Source: Nitrosopumilus sp.
GTDB lineage: Archaea > Thermoproteota > Nitrososphaeria > Nitrososphaerales > Nitrosopumilaceae
Length of the DNA stretch: 64,000 bases
Direction: 5' to 3'
Assembly: GCA_965207445.1 (NCBI GenBank)
Contig: CBDBLX010000002.1
Location: 1,751,849 to 1,815,848, forward strand
Part shown: one piece after another, positions 25,715 through 36,866 of the stretch
Numbering within the stretch: the stretch's first letter is position 1
How the letters are laid out: the number at the start of each line of letters is the position of its first letter
Notes under the pieces: model-generated
Seen by the model: only the letters and a program-made list of their open reading frames with translations
Told to the model about the DNA's origin: nothing
Database searches by the model: none
Position numbers and translations under genes: made by a program

Positions 25715-26434
25715 ATGGATATTCAGCAACAACAACAGCAACGGCAACAAGAAGAAATTGAAAAATCATTAAATCTGTTAGAAAAAGATTGGAAGATAGA
25801 TCCCCTACTACGAGACTTTGTGCTTGGAAAGATAAAAAACGTCTCAGACCACATAGTCATTAGAGGAGATGTCACATTTCATATACCACAACTCAACGAT
25901 TCATCAAAGTACCTACTTTGGAAATGCTTGTGGCCTGATTGCCACAACTGCTGCGAGAGACAGGGCAGACTGCCGCTAACAAGTGACGACTTGATAACCA
26001 TAGGTGAGGGTCTAAAGTATACAAAGACATCAGAGTTTATCAAAAAAGAGACAGTGTTGGCCACATACAAACCAGAACAAGGCACTACAATGACTACCAT
26101 AAACCTCAAACGAAGAGAAGACGAGACAGAATTACAAGATGGAACACACATACCATGTAGGTTCTTAGGAGATGGAGATGGAGGGTGCAGTATACATCCC
26201 GCCAGACCCGGAGTATGCTACATTTACCCATTTTCTACATGGACTCAAAATGATAAAGGAGTTGCACGCATACACGCAGGATATCAATTAACAGGAGACT
26301 GTCCAGGATTTTATTTTGCAGATGACATTAATCAGATGCAACAAGAGTTTGAAGATTACTCTACAATAATACGAGATTACAACTTGGCATACGCAAGAAC
26401 AGATCGTGAAATGTGGAGTCATACGAGCATGTGA
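25715..26434 (+). CDS. YkgJ family Cys-cluster (Zn/Fe-chelating) protein
   Basis: CHNCC, CRFL, CSIHPARPGVCYIYPF, CPG. Confidence 0.88.
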   Translation: MDIQQQQQQRQQEEIEKSLNLLEKDWKIDPLLRDFVLGKIKNVSDHIVIRGDVTFHIPQLNDSSKYLLWKCLWPDCHNCCERQGRLPLTSDDLITIGEGLKYTKTSEFIKKETVLATYKPEQGTTMTTINLKRREDETELQDGTHIPCRFLGDGDGGCSIHPARPGVCYIYPFSTWTQNDKGVARIHAGYQLTGDCPGFYFADDINQMQQEFEDYSTIIRDYNLAYARTDREMWSHTSM

Positions 26435-27490
26435 TCAGGCTTTTGCCACTTTGATCAAGTCTGCTATACGTATATCCATACCAAATCGATCTTCGTGTTT
26501 CTTCATATATCGAAATATAGACAAAAAGTCAGGCAGTGATCTTAAAAAGCTAAAGTCATTTTGTATCTTTGCATGCACAAAATTAAACACTTTGCCGTAC
26601 ACCTTGTAATGCTCATCAACTGCCTTTTCATACATTGCAAAATCATCCATATGATCTAAAAATATATTCACACATTGCATTGAAGGAATTATACCTTCGC
26701 CCAACAAGGCATACACTGTTCCAATTGACTCGCCAACTCCAACCACCTTGCCACGGTAAAATGGCTTGCATTTGTTTGGTGTTGCAAGGCGAATAGGCCT
26801 ACCCTTTGTCTGGAGTATAGTACCACCATGCTTTTCAAAAAAAGATTTTGTTGCTTTGATGTGATTCTTGTTATAGTCTCCTGCACCTATGTGTGCCCAT
26901 TTTTCACCCAATGGAAAGTACCAAAAATAACCAGACATGCCTGGAAACGGCTCTATGTAAAAATCATCATATGGCACACCATTCTCATACTCCACTTTGT
27001 ATTCGAATGTTGGTAGGAAAAAATCTTTTTTGAGTTTTGGAAGGTATGCACGGTTAAACCCAGTACAATCAACGATTATATCATATTCTTCATCAAGTTG
27101 ATCAAATGAGGGAGGCTTGCCATATTGTACATCGGCATCTTTGATAAATTCTTTGATCAATCCCAATTTGTTATATGTGCATAATCCATGTAATCCAATA
27201 TCAAATTTTACATTGTTGTTCATCGTAACGTGCATATGTTTGCCATCATGTATCAAAAACTTATCAAAGTCAACTCCAACTTTTTGGCAAAAGTCAGCCA
27301 ATACAGATTTTATAGTTCCCCAAGCACAAATGGAGTCATGTCGATCCTTTGACATTAATTCATACCCAACTACATTATGCTCAGTGTGCGCTAGACGAGC
27401 CATTAGATAAGAGCCTGCAACACCCATTCCCATAATAGCAATATTTTTTTTCAAGATATTGTTATCATGTAAAATACCCAATAAATACAA
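26435..27490 (-). CDS. FAD-dependent oxidoreductase (geranylgeranyl reductase-like)
   Basis: GMGVAG dinucleotide motif, GYFWYFP, VGESIGTV..GEGI. Confidence 0.85.
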   Translation of the reverse strand: MYLLGILHDNNILKKNIAIMGMGVAGSYLMARLAHTEHNVVGYELMSKDRHDSICAWGTIKSVLADFCQKVGVDFDKFLIHDGKHMHVTMNNNVKFDIGLHGLCTYNKLGLIKEFIKDADVQYGKPPSFDQLDEEYDIIVDCTGFNRAYLPKLKKDFFLPTFEYKVEYENGVPYDDFYIEPFPGMSGYFWYFPLGEKWAHIGAGDYNKNHIKATKSFFEKHGGTILQTKGRPIRLATPNKCKPFYRGKVVGVGESIGTVYALLGEGIIPSMQCVNIFLDHMDDFAMYEKAVDEHYKVYGKVFNFVHAKIQNDFSFLRSLPDFLSIFRYMKKHEDRFGMDIRIADLIKVAKA

Positions 27491-27697
27491 TTATGATAGA
27501 TATTGTGTTTAGAGTATGGTGTAGACAAATAATTTTTATTATAAATATTCATATACAAAATGTAATTTTAAAAATGAGTGCGAGGTACAAATCTAATACA
27601 GAAAAATAAGAAAGACTTTTTGAATGGTTTAGTGAATATTTAATTCAAAAATGATGAATTGTATTAATTAATTAAATTTAGATTCTCCAATCTGATG

Positions 27698-28405
27698 TTA
27701 GATTATTTTTTTGCGCGCCGCATCAACTCGCATAATTGCAATCTTGTTTTTAGGTCCACTAAGCCGTGCCTCAAATATCGGTACATACAACTCTTCAATA
27801 CGATCCAGATCAAACTGCTCACTCAGGTTTTCAATGTCATCTTCTAGTGGACTCTTCAAGTGCTCCTCCAAAATAGCAACAGCGTCTGCACGATCAATCT
27901 TTTGTTCTTTAACAGAAGTTGCATTGTCAAGTACCTCAGCAGGATTAATCTCAACAGTTTCAGATTTAATCTTGTATTTGGGAGCACTTGTTTGATTCCC
28001 ATCAATATCAAATGTCAAACTTAGAGATGTATTAGTGTGTACATGCTCTTTTAGGGTAATTGGAATGCTTACAGAGCCACGTCTTACTGAAAGCGCCCTT
28101 GCAATACGTGATTTTTTTTGGACATTAAAAGTAGTATTACCAATAATTATACTATGTACAGATTTATCTACCTTGAGTGCATGTGTAGCATTACGTAGAT
28201 AGTCCGCAGAGTACGAGCCAGATACGGTCCTCAAACACTCATATGACAACTCAATGTTTTGTATATGAACATTATCTTTAGGGTGAGAGAAAGAAGAACC
28301 AAATGCAGTATGTTTTTTTTGATCCACAAATTCGTGTGCAGATACAACATCAAGTGCACAACGCAATACTGCAATTTTTGTAGATGAGTCATAACCTTTT
28401 GTCAT
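27698..28405 (-). CDS. Hypothetical protein
   Basis: 235-aa ORF ending ELYVPIFEARL..RVDAARKK. Confidence 0.7.
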   Translation of the reverse strand: MTKGYDSSTKIAVLRCALDVVSAHEFVDQKKHTAFGSSFSHPKDNVHIQNIELSYECLRTVSGSYSADYLRNATHALKVDKSVHSIIIGNTTFNVQKKSRIARALSVRRGSVSIPITLKEHVHTNTSLSLTFDIDGNQTSAPKYKIKSETVEINPAEVLDNATSVKEQKIDRADAVAILEEHLKSPLEDDIENLSEQFDLDRIEELYVPIFEARLSGPKNKIAIMRVDAARKKII

Positions 28406-28445
28406 GATAGTACAGCAAGTATCTCAAATATATTTTATTATTTTG

Positions 28446-28526
28446 GTAACCGTTCAATTTCTTCTCAAATTTAAGCACAAATTCACCGCCTAACGTCTGG
28501 CGCAGGTACGGAGGTTGAATGGTTAC
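28446..28526. mobile_element. Family C MITE with 9-bp direct repeat flanks
   Basis: ATTATTTTG at 28437-28445 and 28527-28535. Confidence 0.9.
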
Positions 28527-28731
28527 ATTATTTTGTTTTAAAAAAAATATATGCTAGTCAACAATATCAAAATTCGATCAGTGTTTGTAAAATTTTTACA
28601 ATAGCACATAATATGTGATACCACACTAATATTAGTGATAGATGTAAAATAGCACACCAACAAAGTGTAAAAACATTCAATGCAGATAAACAGGCGGCAT
28701 TTTAGACTCAGAATATTTACATATATCAAAC

Positions 28732-29511
28732 ATGGCAATTATTTTTAATATAGAGAATATAACAACAGTCATGAATATGCATCAAGCTTTGAGAATACTT
28801 AATGTAGATAAAGCATCATCACAAGAAGAGATCAGGGCGGCATATCGTAAGATGGCACTTGAATTACATCCTGATAAGAACAGTAGTAATGGTGCAGAGT
28901 TTAAAAAAGTCACAGAGGCATACAATTATCTTAAATGCAATCAACATGAAATAAACAATACAGCAGAGAACACAGACAACAATTATGATAACAATTATGA
29001 TAACAATTATGATAACGCAAATAACAATAAAACAGAGAATAACAATTACGACGACACATTTTACGCAAATACAAAAAACAGAGCGCAGTGGGGTGCCGGG
29101 CCACAAGACGGCACAATCCCCGAACAGGATTGGGGTAAATTTACAAAGCATGTAGAAGACGAAGATCCAAACTTTTGGAAAGAGTATGAGAGAAAATTTT
29201 GGGAAGAATACAATGCAAGAGTCAACACAGACGGTAAAAATGGAGAATATGATAAAGCAGCAGAGCCAAATGACCAACCAAATCTCTTTGTAGATGTAGA
29301 CAAGAGTTTGTGTATTGGGTGCTGTAGTTGTGAGATAATAGCACCAGATGTCTTTGAGATTAACAAGGAGAGTATGATGAATCCAAAATCATCTGTGATT
29401 AATCAGATGGGTGCTGGCATAAACAAAATAATGAATGCTGCTGAAACATGCCCTACAAAAGCCATCAGAGTAGAGAATACAGATACAAAGGAGAGGCTAT
29501 TTCCGCATTAA
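28732..29511 (+). CDS. DnaJ-ferredoxin fusion protein
   Basis: J domain with HPD plus C-terminal CIGCCSC...CPTKAI ferredoxin motif. Confidence 0.93.
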   Translation: MAIIFNIENITTVMNMHQALRILNVDKASSQEEIRAAYRKMALELHPDKNSSNGAEFKKVTEAYNYLKCNQHEINNTAENTDNNYDNNYDNNYDNANNNKTENNNYDDTFYANTKNRAQWGAGPQDGTIPEQDWGKFTKHVEDEDPNFWKEYERKFWEEYNARVNTDGKNGEYDKAAEPNDQPNLFVDVDKSLCIGCCSCEIIAPDVFEINKESMMNPKSSVINQMGAGINKIMNAAETCPTKAIRVENTDTKERLFPH

Positions 29512-29579
29512 ACTGACAATCAAACATTAAAATCAATTTAATTAAAATATCACATATACAATTAAAATATCATATATAC

Positions 29580-32099
29580 GTAAGCGTTCAGGTCTAATTA
29601 TTGATGATCATAAGCAGGCACGCCTGCACGGGTCAATTAATGATATCACAGAGTATAATCCAGAATCGAGTGTGTCTAGATGAAAGGTGATGGGTGCGAT
29701 AATCCGAATTGTAAGTCATGTAAATTTTAGTAGTTGATATGATGTAAAATTTTAGGTGTTGTGATTAAATGATGCAGGTAAGTTGACCATGTAGATGAAT
29801 AAATTTTTGTTATTTAGTCATATTATGACATGTCGTGCGGCAACGTAGAGTCCGCATGAAACCGTGAAATTCCTTGCAATCATACTTTGATAGTTACGGA
29901 CGTATACTGTCTTCAGTAGATTGCTTTGTGTTTATCATTATCGGCGGAGGTATTCCAGAGGTAAAGATGTCCCAAGATTTATCTGCAGACATTTTAATGA
30001 TCGCGTCATATGCAGATGTTCCGTTTTTTCTACAAGTTCTAAAGAATGTCTGTAATCTGCCAAAGTTGCGTGCTGCAGTCCAGTTTGGAAATGGTCCTTT
30101 TCTTTTACTTTTGGACACAAGGACATCGCGTACATTATGCTCTGTATCATTGTTGTGTAGTGGGACTCCGGGGTATTTGATGCCTGTAAATACATGATCT
30201 CTTGCATTTTTCATTGTTGTAGCAGCCGTGTCCTCTATCATGTTTGATGCTTTGTCATATTTTGCCAAGAGTTGGGTTATTTTTTGTTGTACGGATTGAT
30301 CCAATCCTTTTTCTTTTATGATGTTTAGGTCACATGCACTCTGCATTGGGCCCCCGGCATATGCGGTGAATAATTTTGCGTTTGCTTTGGCATCTACAAA
30401 TATCTCACTGAGAAGTATGTGTCTGGTGCATTCTGGAGAATCAAACTCATTGTCCATTGCAGCATCTTCTACTTTGCGCGATATGTGTACTGTACATCGT
30501 TGAAAATCAAAGTTGTGCCAAGAGTATCCTTGGTATCCGTCACGAACATTTGGTCTGTTTGTGCCCCACTCTAGAAACATCTGCATCTCAGCTGTATACT
30601 TGTGTTCTACTGCCTTGTAATGCTCTGTTTTGTTTGTATTGGCAGTTAGCATCTGTATGTTGTCTTTTTTGACTTTGTGCGGTGACTCGTCACTTTTACT
30701 GTATGGCTGCATGGATGCCACTTCCATGATATGCACGTTTTTTGGTTGTGTGACAGATGATGTCCAGACTGTACTGTAACGAGTTTGTAGTGCCTCACTT
30801 TGGGCATACGTGTTCTCTCTAGTACGGTCATCTGCATCATAATCATCTAAAATGTCTGCACCCTTGCCCACTTTCCAACCGCCTGCAGGCTCAATAGGCA
30901 TCCGACATATACGCAAGTCATCTTCATCGATTACAAGTGGTTTTTCAATTGGCGAGTGTATAATTCGACTATCAACTAAATTTGCAGTTGCACTGACACA
31001 GTTTGACATGGCACCGATCGATATGTGCAGGTGTTCTCTATCTTTGATGTAACCTTGTGCAGTACGTACACTAGTGCCGCCGTTGTTGTACATGTTTATC
31101 AATGCACGCTCATTTACCAAAAATGCAGATCCGCTGATTGCATCTGTATCAGGTACGTATTCTTGACCGCATTGTGGGCATATTTCATGATACCACACGT
31201 ACATCAGAGTACGCCATACTCCATCGATATCTTGGCCAAACACTCTTTTGCGCACACACGAACCCTGAATCATGTCTGCTCTGCCACAACATGCACTCAA
31301 TCCAACTTTAAAAAGTATGGTCTTCTCGCACTTGCCCTCACGTGACTTGCCAACATGACCTGGCTGACCTCCGGGGTTTTTTGGCAGTTTTTGTAACAGA
31401 TCGCTATCCCCACTTGTCACATCCCCACTGTTCGTGTCACTGCTGCTCACAGACTCGTTGCGCTTTTTGGTCAGATGAGTTGCAAGTTCTTTTTGAAACT
31501 TTGCACGTTTGTCACCATATGGCTTGGATTTGGATGGACTGCCATTATATCCATACTCTATTGCAAATTTTTGTTGCAGTCCTGATAATTCTACCTTTAA
31601 TCGCTCTGCCAACTCGTCTTTGTTTTGATTTTTTGCTACAAGACCTAATATGGTCTCCACTGCCACCTCCATTGCACTCTTGAACAAATTCTCAATTGCT
31701 GTCTTTTCTTGATTTAACTTTGCATTATCATTGCGCAAAAGAACCATATCTTGATTTAATGCAACATCTCTCTCTTTCATATAGCCAATCATATCAAACA
31801 ATTCTACAATCTTGTCGTTTAATTCATCAATCGTGCAGTACGCCGCGTCTCTTTCGGCACGTATGCGATCAATCTCTAAAGGCATCACACTTGCACCTCC
31901 CATCTGATCGCATGTATCATGGTTAAATTCCCATTGTACAATATTGCATTGTTGATGTTTCTATTTGTCATTTTTGTCGGATAATGACAAATAGCGATAT
32001 CTCCTTATAACCATGTTGTCTGTATATTTAATATCGTGCTCGAGGGTTGAAACAAACGTGCCTATTTATGATCATCAATAATTAGACCTGAACGCTTAC
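29580..32099 (-). mobile_element. Complete IS66-family element (single ORF, ISBst12-like organisation)
   Basis: 34-bp perfect TIR GTAAGCGTTCAGGTCTAATTATTGATGATCATAA; 8-bp TSD ATATATAC (29572-29579, 32100-32107). Confidence 0.95.
29894..31903 (-). CDS. IS66-family DDE transposase (TnpC-like)
   Basis: Coiled-coil N-terminus, GGQPGH, CPQC, DES, RDGYQGY, QRCTVH, NNDTEHNVR. Confidence 0.9.
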   Translation of the reverse strand: MGGASVMPLEIDRIRAERDAAYCTIDELNDKIVELFDMIGYMKERDVALNQDMVLLRNDNAKLNQEKTAIENLFKSAMEVAVETILGLVAKNQNKDELAERLKVELSGLQQKFAIEYGYNGSPSKSKPYGDKRAKFQKELATHLTKKRNESVSSSDTNSGDVTSGDSDLLQKLPKNPGGQPGHVGKSREGKCEKTILFKVGLSACCGRADMIQGSCVRKRVFGQDIDGVWRTLMYVWYHEICPQCGQEYVPDTDAISGSAFLVNERALINMYNNGGTSVRTAQGYIKDREHLHISIGAMSNCVSATANLVDSRIIHSPIEKPLVIDEDDLRICRMPIEPAGGWKVGKGADILDDYDADDRTRENTYAQSEALQTRYSTVWTSSVTQPKNVHIMEVASMQPYSKSDESPHKVKKDNIQMLTANTNKTEHYKAVEHKYTAEMQMFLEWGTNRPNVRDGYQGYSWHNFDFQRCTVHISRKVEDAAMDNEFDSPECTRHILLSEIFVDAKANAKLFTAYAGGPMQSACDLNIIKEKGLDQSVQQKITQLLAKYDKASNMIEDTAATTMKNARDHVFTGIKYPGVPLHNNDTEHNVRDVLVSKSKRKGPFPNWTAARNFGRLQTFFRTCRKNGTSAYDAIIKMSADKSWDIFTSGIPPPIMINTKQSTEDSIRP

Positions 32100-32231
32100 A
32101 TATATACAATTAAAATATAATATATACAATTAAATATTATAATATGAATTTAAAAAATAAATATTAGTTAATCTTTGATGTTGGCAGTACAACTAGTTGT
32201 AAAAACAAAAAAAAAGTTTGAGTACAACAGA

Positions 32232-32651
32232 TCAAAGTTTGTCGCACAATTTTGAGCATAAAACAGTAGCATCAGAATCAGACATCTTTGTTGCAGGGTT
32301 TGAGAAGAGTGCATGTATGGCTCCAGCAGAATCAGTACTAGTGCGTGGAACAATGTGGACATGTAAATGAGGCACCTCTTGTCCTGCATCTTTTCCATTA
32401 TGTATTGCAATCAAACTAGAACCAGTCATAGTAAAGTCAATTCGTGAGGTCATCTTTTGTACCATCGCAAACAAGTCTGCATTCTCATCAGATGTCATAT
32501 CTTGTATTTTTTGACAGTGACGTTTTGGCATCACGAGTGTATGGCCTGCGGCAAGAGGAAATGCATCAAGTATTGCAATAGAATATGTTGATTCTGATAG
32601 TCTTTTTGAAGGAATTTCACCGGATATAATCTTGCAAAAGATACAATCCAT
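32232..32651 (-). CDS. HIT family protein
   Basis: MDCIFCKII; GQEVPHLHVHIVPR histidine triad. Confidence 0.95.
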   Translation of the reverse strand: MDCIFCKIISGEIPSKRLSESTYSIAILDAFPLAAGHTLVMPKRHCQKIQDMTSDENADLFAMVQKMTSRIDFTMTGSSLIAIHNGKDAGQEVPHLHVHIVPRTSTDSAGAIHALFSNPATKMSDSDATVLCSKLCDKL

Positions 32652-32738
32652 AATAATAGCAAAATACACACAGTATAAAGTCATTGATGTAAAGTCTACT
32701 ATAATTTTCAAAACAAACAACGTGTACTCTACATTTAT

Positions 32739-32782
32739 TCAATGTGTACTCAATGTGTACTCAATGTGTACTCAATGTGTAC
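32739..32782. repeat. 11-bp tandem repeat (TCAATGTGTAC)x4
   Basis: Read directly; intergenic. Confidence 0.9.
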
Positions 32783-32813
32783 TCTACATCATCTTGAGAT
32801 AATTGTGTATTTT

Positions 32814-32890
32814 GTAACTGTTCACCCGCCCAAATTTAGATACAGATTCATAACTCAATGTTTGGTGCAGCATAGAGGTTGAGCGGCTAC
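32814..32890. mobile_element. Degenerate family C MITE
   Basis: GTAACTGTTCACCC...GGTTGAGCGGCTAC with the internal AAATTTAGATACAGATTCA core. Confidence 0.75.
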
Positions 32891-32954
32891 GTACATTTTG
32901 AGCAAAATGTTGATTAGAAATTAGCTTAAATCAGATGTCAACTCACATAATACA

Positions 32955-33311
32955 ATGCAATGGATTCATTTCCTTAAAGCGTCATGCAAAGACTTGGATT
33001 CTGATGCACCAAAGCTAAGAGACATATTAGATGACATGAAACGATTTACTCACTATACAAAAAAAGGATACAAGTTTGATGCACAGGCTCAATTTGCAAT
33101 GGGGTGGTGGTTTTTTACAATACATGTTCAAAAAGAGTTCATCGTAAATGTAGTAGAGTATATGCATGCAAAAAATCCAAAGATAAAAAATGAACATACA
33201 TTATTAGATTATATACAAGATAGATTAAAGGAGAGAAAAAGTACCATGAAACTCAAATTTCATAGCAACAGATCGATCTTTGCGCAATACTGGACTTGGT
33301 TGATGCGATAA
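32955..33311 (+). CDS. Hypothetical protein
   Basis: 118-aa ORF with QFAMGWWFF. Confidence 0.7.
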   Translation: MQWIHFLKASCKDLDSDAPKLRDILDDMKRFTHYTKKGYKFDAQAQFAMGWWFFTIHVQKEFIVNVVEYMHAKNPKIKNEHTLLDYIQDRLKERKSTMKLKFHSNRSIFAQYWTWLMR

Positions 33312-33443
33312 AGTATCAAACACATGATTGCTAAAAATGCCAAAAGCCAAATATGTTTTGATAGTGAGACGTACACCACTATTGCACTTTTAATTAATTA
33401 TATACCAAAGTTTGCATATCAATCCCAATTAAAAAAGAGATGC

Positions 33444-33611
33444 TCACCACATGCCACCATCACCTGCACCAGGATCAAGTTTTTTGGCAGGTACGTTTCC
33501 ATGTGCTTTTTTCATGTGTCGTTTGAGGCGCTCTGGTGCATGTAGTTCAGTTCCGCACACACTACATTTTGTCTGCTCTTCATTGTGTTTGCCTCGTTTA
33601 AACAAACCCAT
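33444..33611 (-). CDS. Small C2H2 zinc-finger protein
   Basis: CSVC..L.RHMKKAH. Confidence 0.8.
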   Translation of the reverse strand: MGLFKRGKHNEEQTKCSVCGTELHAPERLKRHMKKAHGNVPAKKLDPGAGDGGMW

Positions 33612-33665
33612 AGATAATACATATGTCAAATATTTTATAAAGGATACGTAGCAGATACCATCAAG

Positions 33666-34808
33666 TTGCAAAATATTACGATACTAGGCTCAGGTGTAAT
33701 GGGACATGGTATTGCACAAGTTGCCGCATCAGCAGGGTACGATATAGTATTACGAGATATTGAACAAAAGTTTCTTGATAAAGCAATGCAAAAGATCCAA
33801 TGGAGTCTACAAAAGATGGCAACAAAGGGAAAAATTACAAAGCAACAAGCAGATGATACGCTAGCAAGAATAAAACCAATAGTAGACTTGGCAGAGGCGG
33901 TAAAAGAAGCTCAAATGGTAATAGAAGTAGTGCCAGAGATAATGGAGTTAAAGAAAAAAGTCTATGCTGAACTAGATGCAGCCGTTACAAATGATAATAT
34001 CATATTTGCATCAAACACAAGTACATTGCCAATAACAGAGATTGCAAGCACAACTAGCAGACCAGACAAGTTCATTGGAATTCATTTCTTTAATCCTCCA
34101 CAGTTGATGCGGCTAGTAGAGATAATCCCTGGTAAAGAGACATCACAAGAGTCAATACAGATCACACAAGAATTTGTAAATTCAGTTAAAAAAGAGGCAG
34201 TCATGTGTAGAAAAGACGTACCAGGATTCATAATAAACAGATTGTTCATACCTATGGTACATGAAGCATGTTATGTTATGGACAGAACAAATGCTACCAA
34301 AGAAGAGGTAGATTCTACAGTAAAATTCAAGATGGGCTTTCCAATGGGAATATTTGAACTTGCAGACTTTACAGGCATGGATGTCATACACAAAGCAACA
34401 ACTGAAATGCACATGCGCGACAAAAAAGTGATTAGACCACACCCACATATACAAGAATTATTTGATGCAGGTAAATTGGGCCAAAAGTCAGGTGAGGGTT
34501 TTTACAGATATTCAGATGACAAATACGAGAGAGTTAGTCTCTCAGAGGAGATTGCAAACAGATGCAATCCCATTGGGTTGGTGGCAAATATACTAAACAA
34601 TGCAGCATGGCTTGTCACAAATGGAGCTAGTGATGAATCAGAGATTGAAAAGGCAGCAGTACTCGGACTAGGACTCAAAAAACCAATCTTTGAGACGGCC
34701 AAAGATATTGGAGTTCAAAGTATAGTAAACGAACTAGAAGGATTAGAATCAAGATACGGGGAATTTTACAAACCAGATCCATTATTGTATAAAATGAGAA
34801 CAGATTAA
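33666..34808 (+). CDS. 3-hydroxyacyl-CoA (3-hydroxybutyryl-CoA) dehydrogenase
   Basis: GSGVMGHGIA, ASNTSTL, HFFNPP, GFIINR, PMGIFELAD. Confidence 0.93.
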   Translation: MQNITILGSGVMGHGIAQVAASAGYDIVLRDIEQKFLDKAMQKIQWSLQKMATKGKITKQQADDTLARIKPIVDLAEAVKEAQMVIEVVPEIMELKKKVYAELDAAVTNDNIIFASNTSTLPITEIASTTSRPDKFIGIHFFNPPQLMRLVEIIPGKETSQESIQITQEFVNSVKKEAVMCRKDVPGFIINRLFIPMVHEACYVMDRTNATKEEVDSTVKFKMGFPMGIFELADFTGMDVIHKATTEMHMRDKKVIRPHPHIQELFDAGKLGQKSGEGFYRYSDDKYERVSLSEEIANRCNPIGLVANILNNAAWLVTNGASDESEIEKAAVLGLGLKKPIFETAKDIGVQSIVNELEGLESRYGEFYKPDPLLYKMRTD

Positions 34809-34909
34809 TCGTGCTATTATGATGTCTGTATGTCAAAACATAAAAAATAACAAATCAGATATTGAATATTTCCAATTTTTGACTAGCTCAGTATTAAAAT
34901 AAGAAATAA

Positions 34910-35422
34910 CTATTTTGCAACCAACTCTAAAATTGTGTCTACTGCTTCCTGAGCAGTATCCACTCCAACAATTTTGATGTTTTTTCTATGATCTAAATAG
35001 TTGTCAATGTATAATGCAACAGAGCCACCAAGATTCCTTATTGCGACCATGGGTTTTTTGTGCATGTATGCAGCACAAACTTCAGACAGTGTACCAGATC
35101 CACCACCAACAATAATAATTCCATCTGCGCTCAGTGCATTTAAAAAATCTCGAGTGAGTCCCATTCCAGTCGGAATTACTATATCACAATACTGATTTGC
35201 ATGAATTGGACTATCTTGGGGTATTATTCCAACACATAACCCGCCCGCATCATGTGCACCTTTTGAGGCAGACTCCATTATACCACCCATTCCACCAGTT
35301 ATCAAGACAGATTTAGAGGCCGCTATTGCAGTACCTACATCATACGCTACACGCTTGTGCAATGTGGTACACCCGTTATCATTGTGGCCGATTACTAAAA
35401 TTTGTAGTTTCTTTGATGACAC
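34910..35422 (-). CDS. LOG/TIGR00725 family protein
   Basis: TGGMGGIME; GGGSGTLSE. Confidence 0.9.
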   Translation of the reverse strand: MSSKKLQILVIGHNDNGCTTLHKRVAYDVGTAIAASKSVLITGGMGGIMESASKGAHDAGGLCVGIIPQDSPIHANQYCDIVIPTGMGLTRDFLNALSADGIIIVGGGSGTLSEVCAAYMHKKPMVAIRNLGGSVALYIDNYLDHRKNIKIVGVDTAQEAVDTILELVAK

Positions 35423-35482
35423 AGATACAAGTGTGTATTGCTAAAATATTATTATTCCCATCATGACGATTAAAGTTGAATA

Positions 35483-36549
35483 TTATCGGCATGTTTTGTT
35501 TGTGTGTGTTTGTGCGTTGTTGTTATCATTGTTGTTATTGTTATCATTGTTGTTATTGTTATCATTTGTATCTGTATTTGTACCCTGAACAGGAATTTGG
35601 TTGTTGTCATCTTGTTCTGATATCTTTAGTATACCCTCAAAACATGCAATCTCAGTTCCATTTGTAAATAATACAGAGCATTTTGTACCATCTGTTTGTA
35701 TATTGATGTTCCCATTTACACCTGTTTGTAGTTGTGATATACCACTTACTGCATATCTGTTAATTACATTATCATGTGGGTGGCCATGTCTATTTTTACC
35801 ATCATCACGGTTCGTGCTTACATCTGCTGAATGTATCACAAGTTCAGGTGACGTTGCAACTATGAATTCTGGTGTGCTAGATGTATCTCCACCATGATGA
35901 GGAGCATTCATTATATCTATATCCAATTTATCACTTGCCGTATTGGCAATTAACCACTGCTCAGTCGGTACAGTTGCATCAGCAGTGAATAAGAATTCAA
36001 GTTCATCATATTCTAATAATGTTATAATTGAGTTTGCATTATCAGTATCAAATTGCTGTGGTTGGTTTGGACTTAGTATCTCGAGTGTTATTTCTCCAAA
36101 TGTTTTTGTGTGTCCGGTCTTTGGGTATAATATTAGCCCATCAGCATTAATGTAAAAGTTCCTTACTGTTGCAGTATTGTTAGCTATCGGTTCGCTAAAC
36201 CATATTTCATTTATAGTATAATCCACATCTTGAGTAGATGATTGAATCCTCCAAGGTGATCTGAGTCTTTGTGGGTAGCTATTGCCAGATGTATCGTAGT
36301 TATGTTATTTTGCTCTAAAACACTTTTGAGTTCTTGATATCTAGAGTTGAATCTATCTCCTGCATCTATTAGGATATTTGTGCCATCAGGTAATTGTATC
36401 AGCGTTGAATCGCCAGATCCTCCAAATTGCACATATGTTATACTTAGTAAGTTATCAGTAGACATTTGTGCATTTACAGTACCAAAAGTCATCAAAGCTG
36501 TAAAAGCTGCGAGTCCTGTTATGATTGCTAGGTGTTGTTTGAAATTCAC
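35483..36549 (-). pseudogene. Secreted ComEC/Rec2-like metallo-beta-lactamase-fold hydrolase, frameshifted
   Basis: Signal peptide, GDSTLI..LIDAG and THKDSDHLGG in 36211-36549; FLFTADA, APHHGG and HGHPH in 35483-36226; frame changes near 36230. Confidence 0.8.
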
Positions 36550-36693
36550 ATTGATACGTGTGATGAGGATTATTTAAAAATTGATGGATAAAAAATACGA
36601 GTGTTGTCAAGTAGGTTGTGCTTTGGCAAATCTGATAGTGTATAAATCAGGATATTCCATCAAACCATATCATCACACACAAATGGTAAAATT

Positions 36694-36841
36694 GCGTGAA
36701 CCAAGATCATTGGACACAATAATGAAATACATATTTGTATTTGATTATATTCCTGTCCGTATATCGAGTATCGTTCATGTGATACATTTGGCTAGGAGTT
36801 ATTTTTAAATGATTATATCAATCATGGAGATTGGTTCACAC
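36694..36841. mobile_element. 148-bp family B MITE with perfect 8-bp TSD
   Basis: GCGTGAACCAA...TTGGTTCACAC; GTAAAATT at 36686-36693 and 36842-36849. Confidence 0.92.
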
Positions 36842-36866
36842 GTAAAATTCACAGGTGAATACAAGT

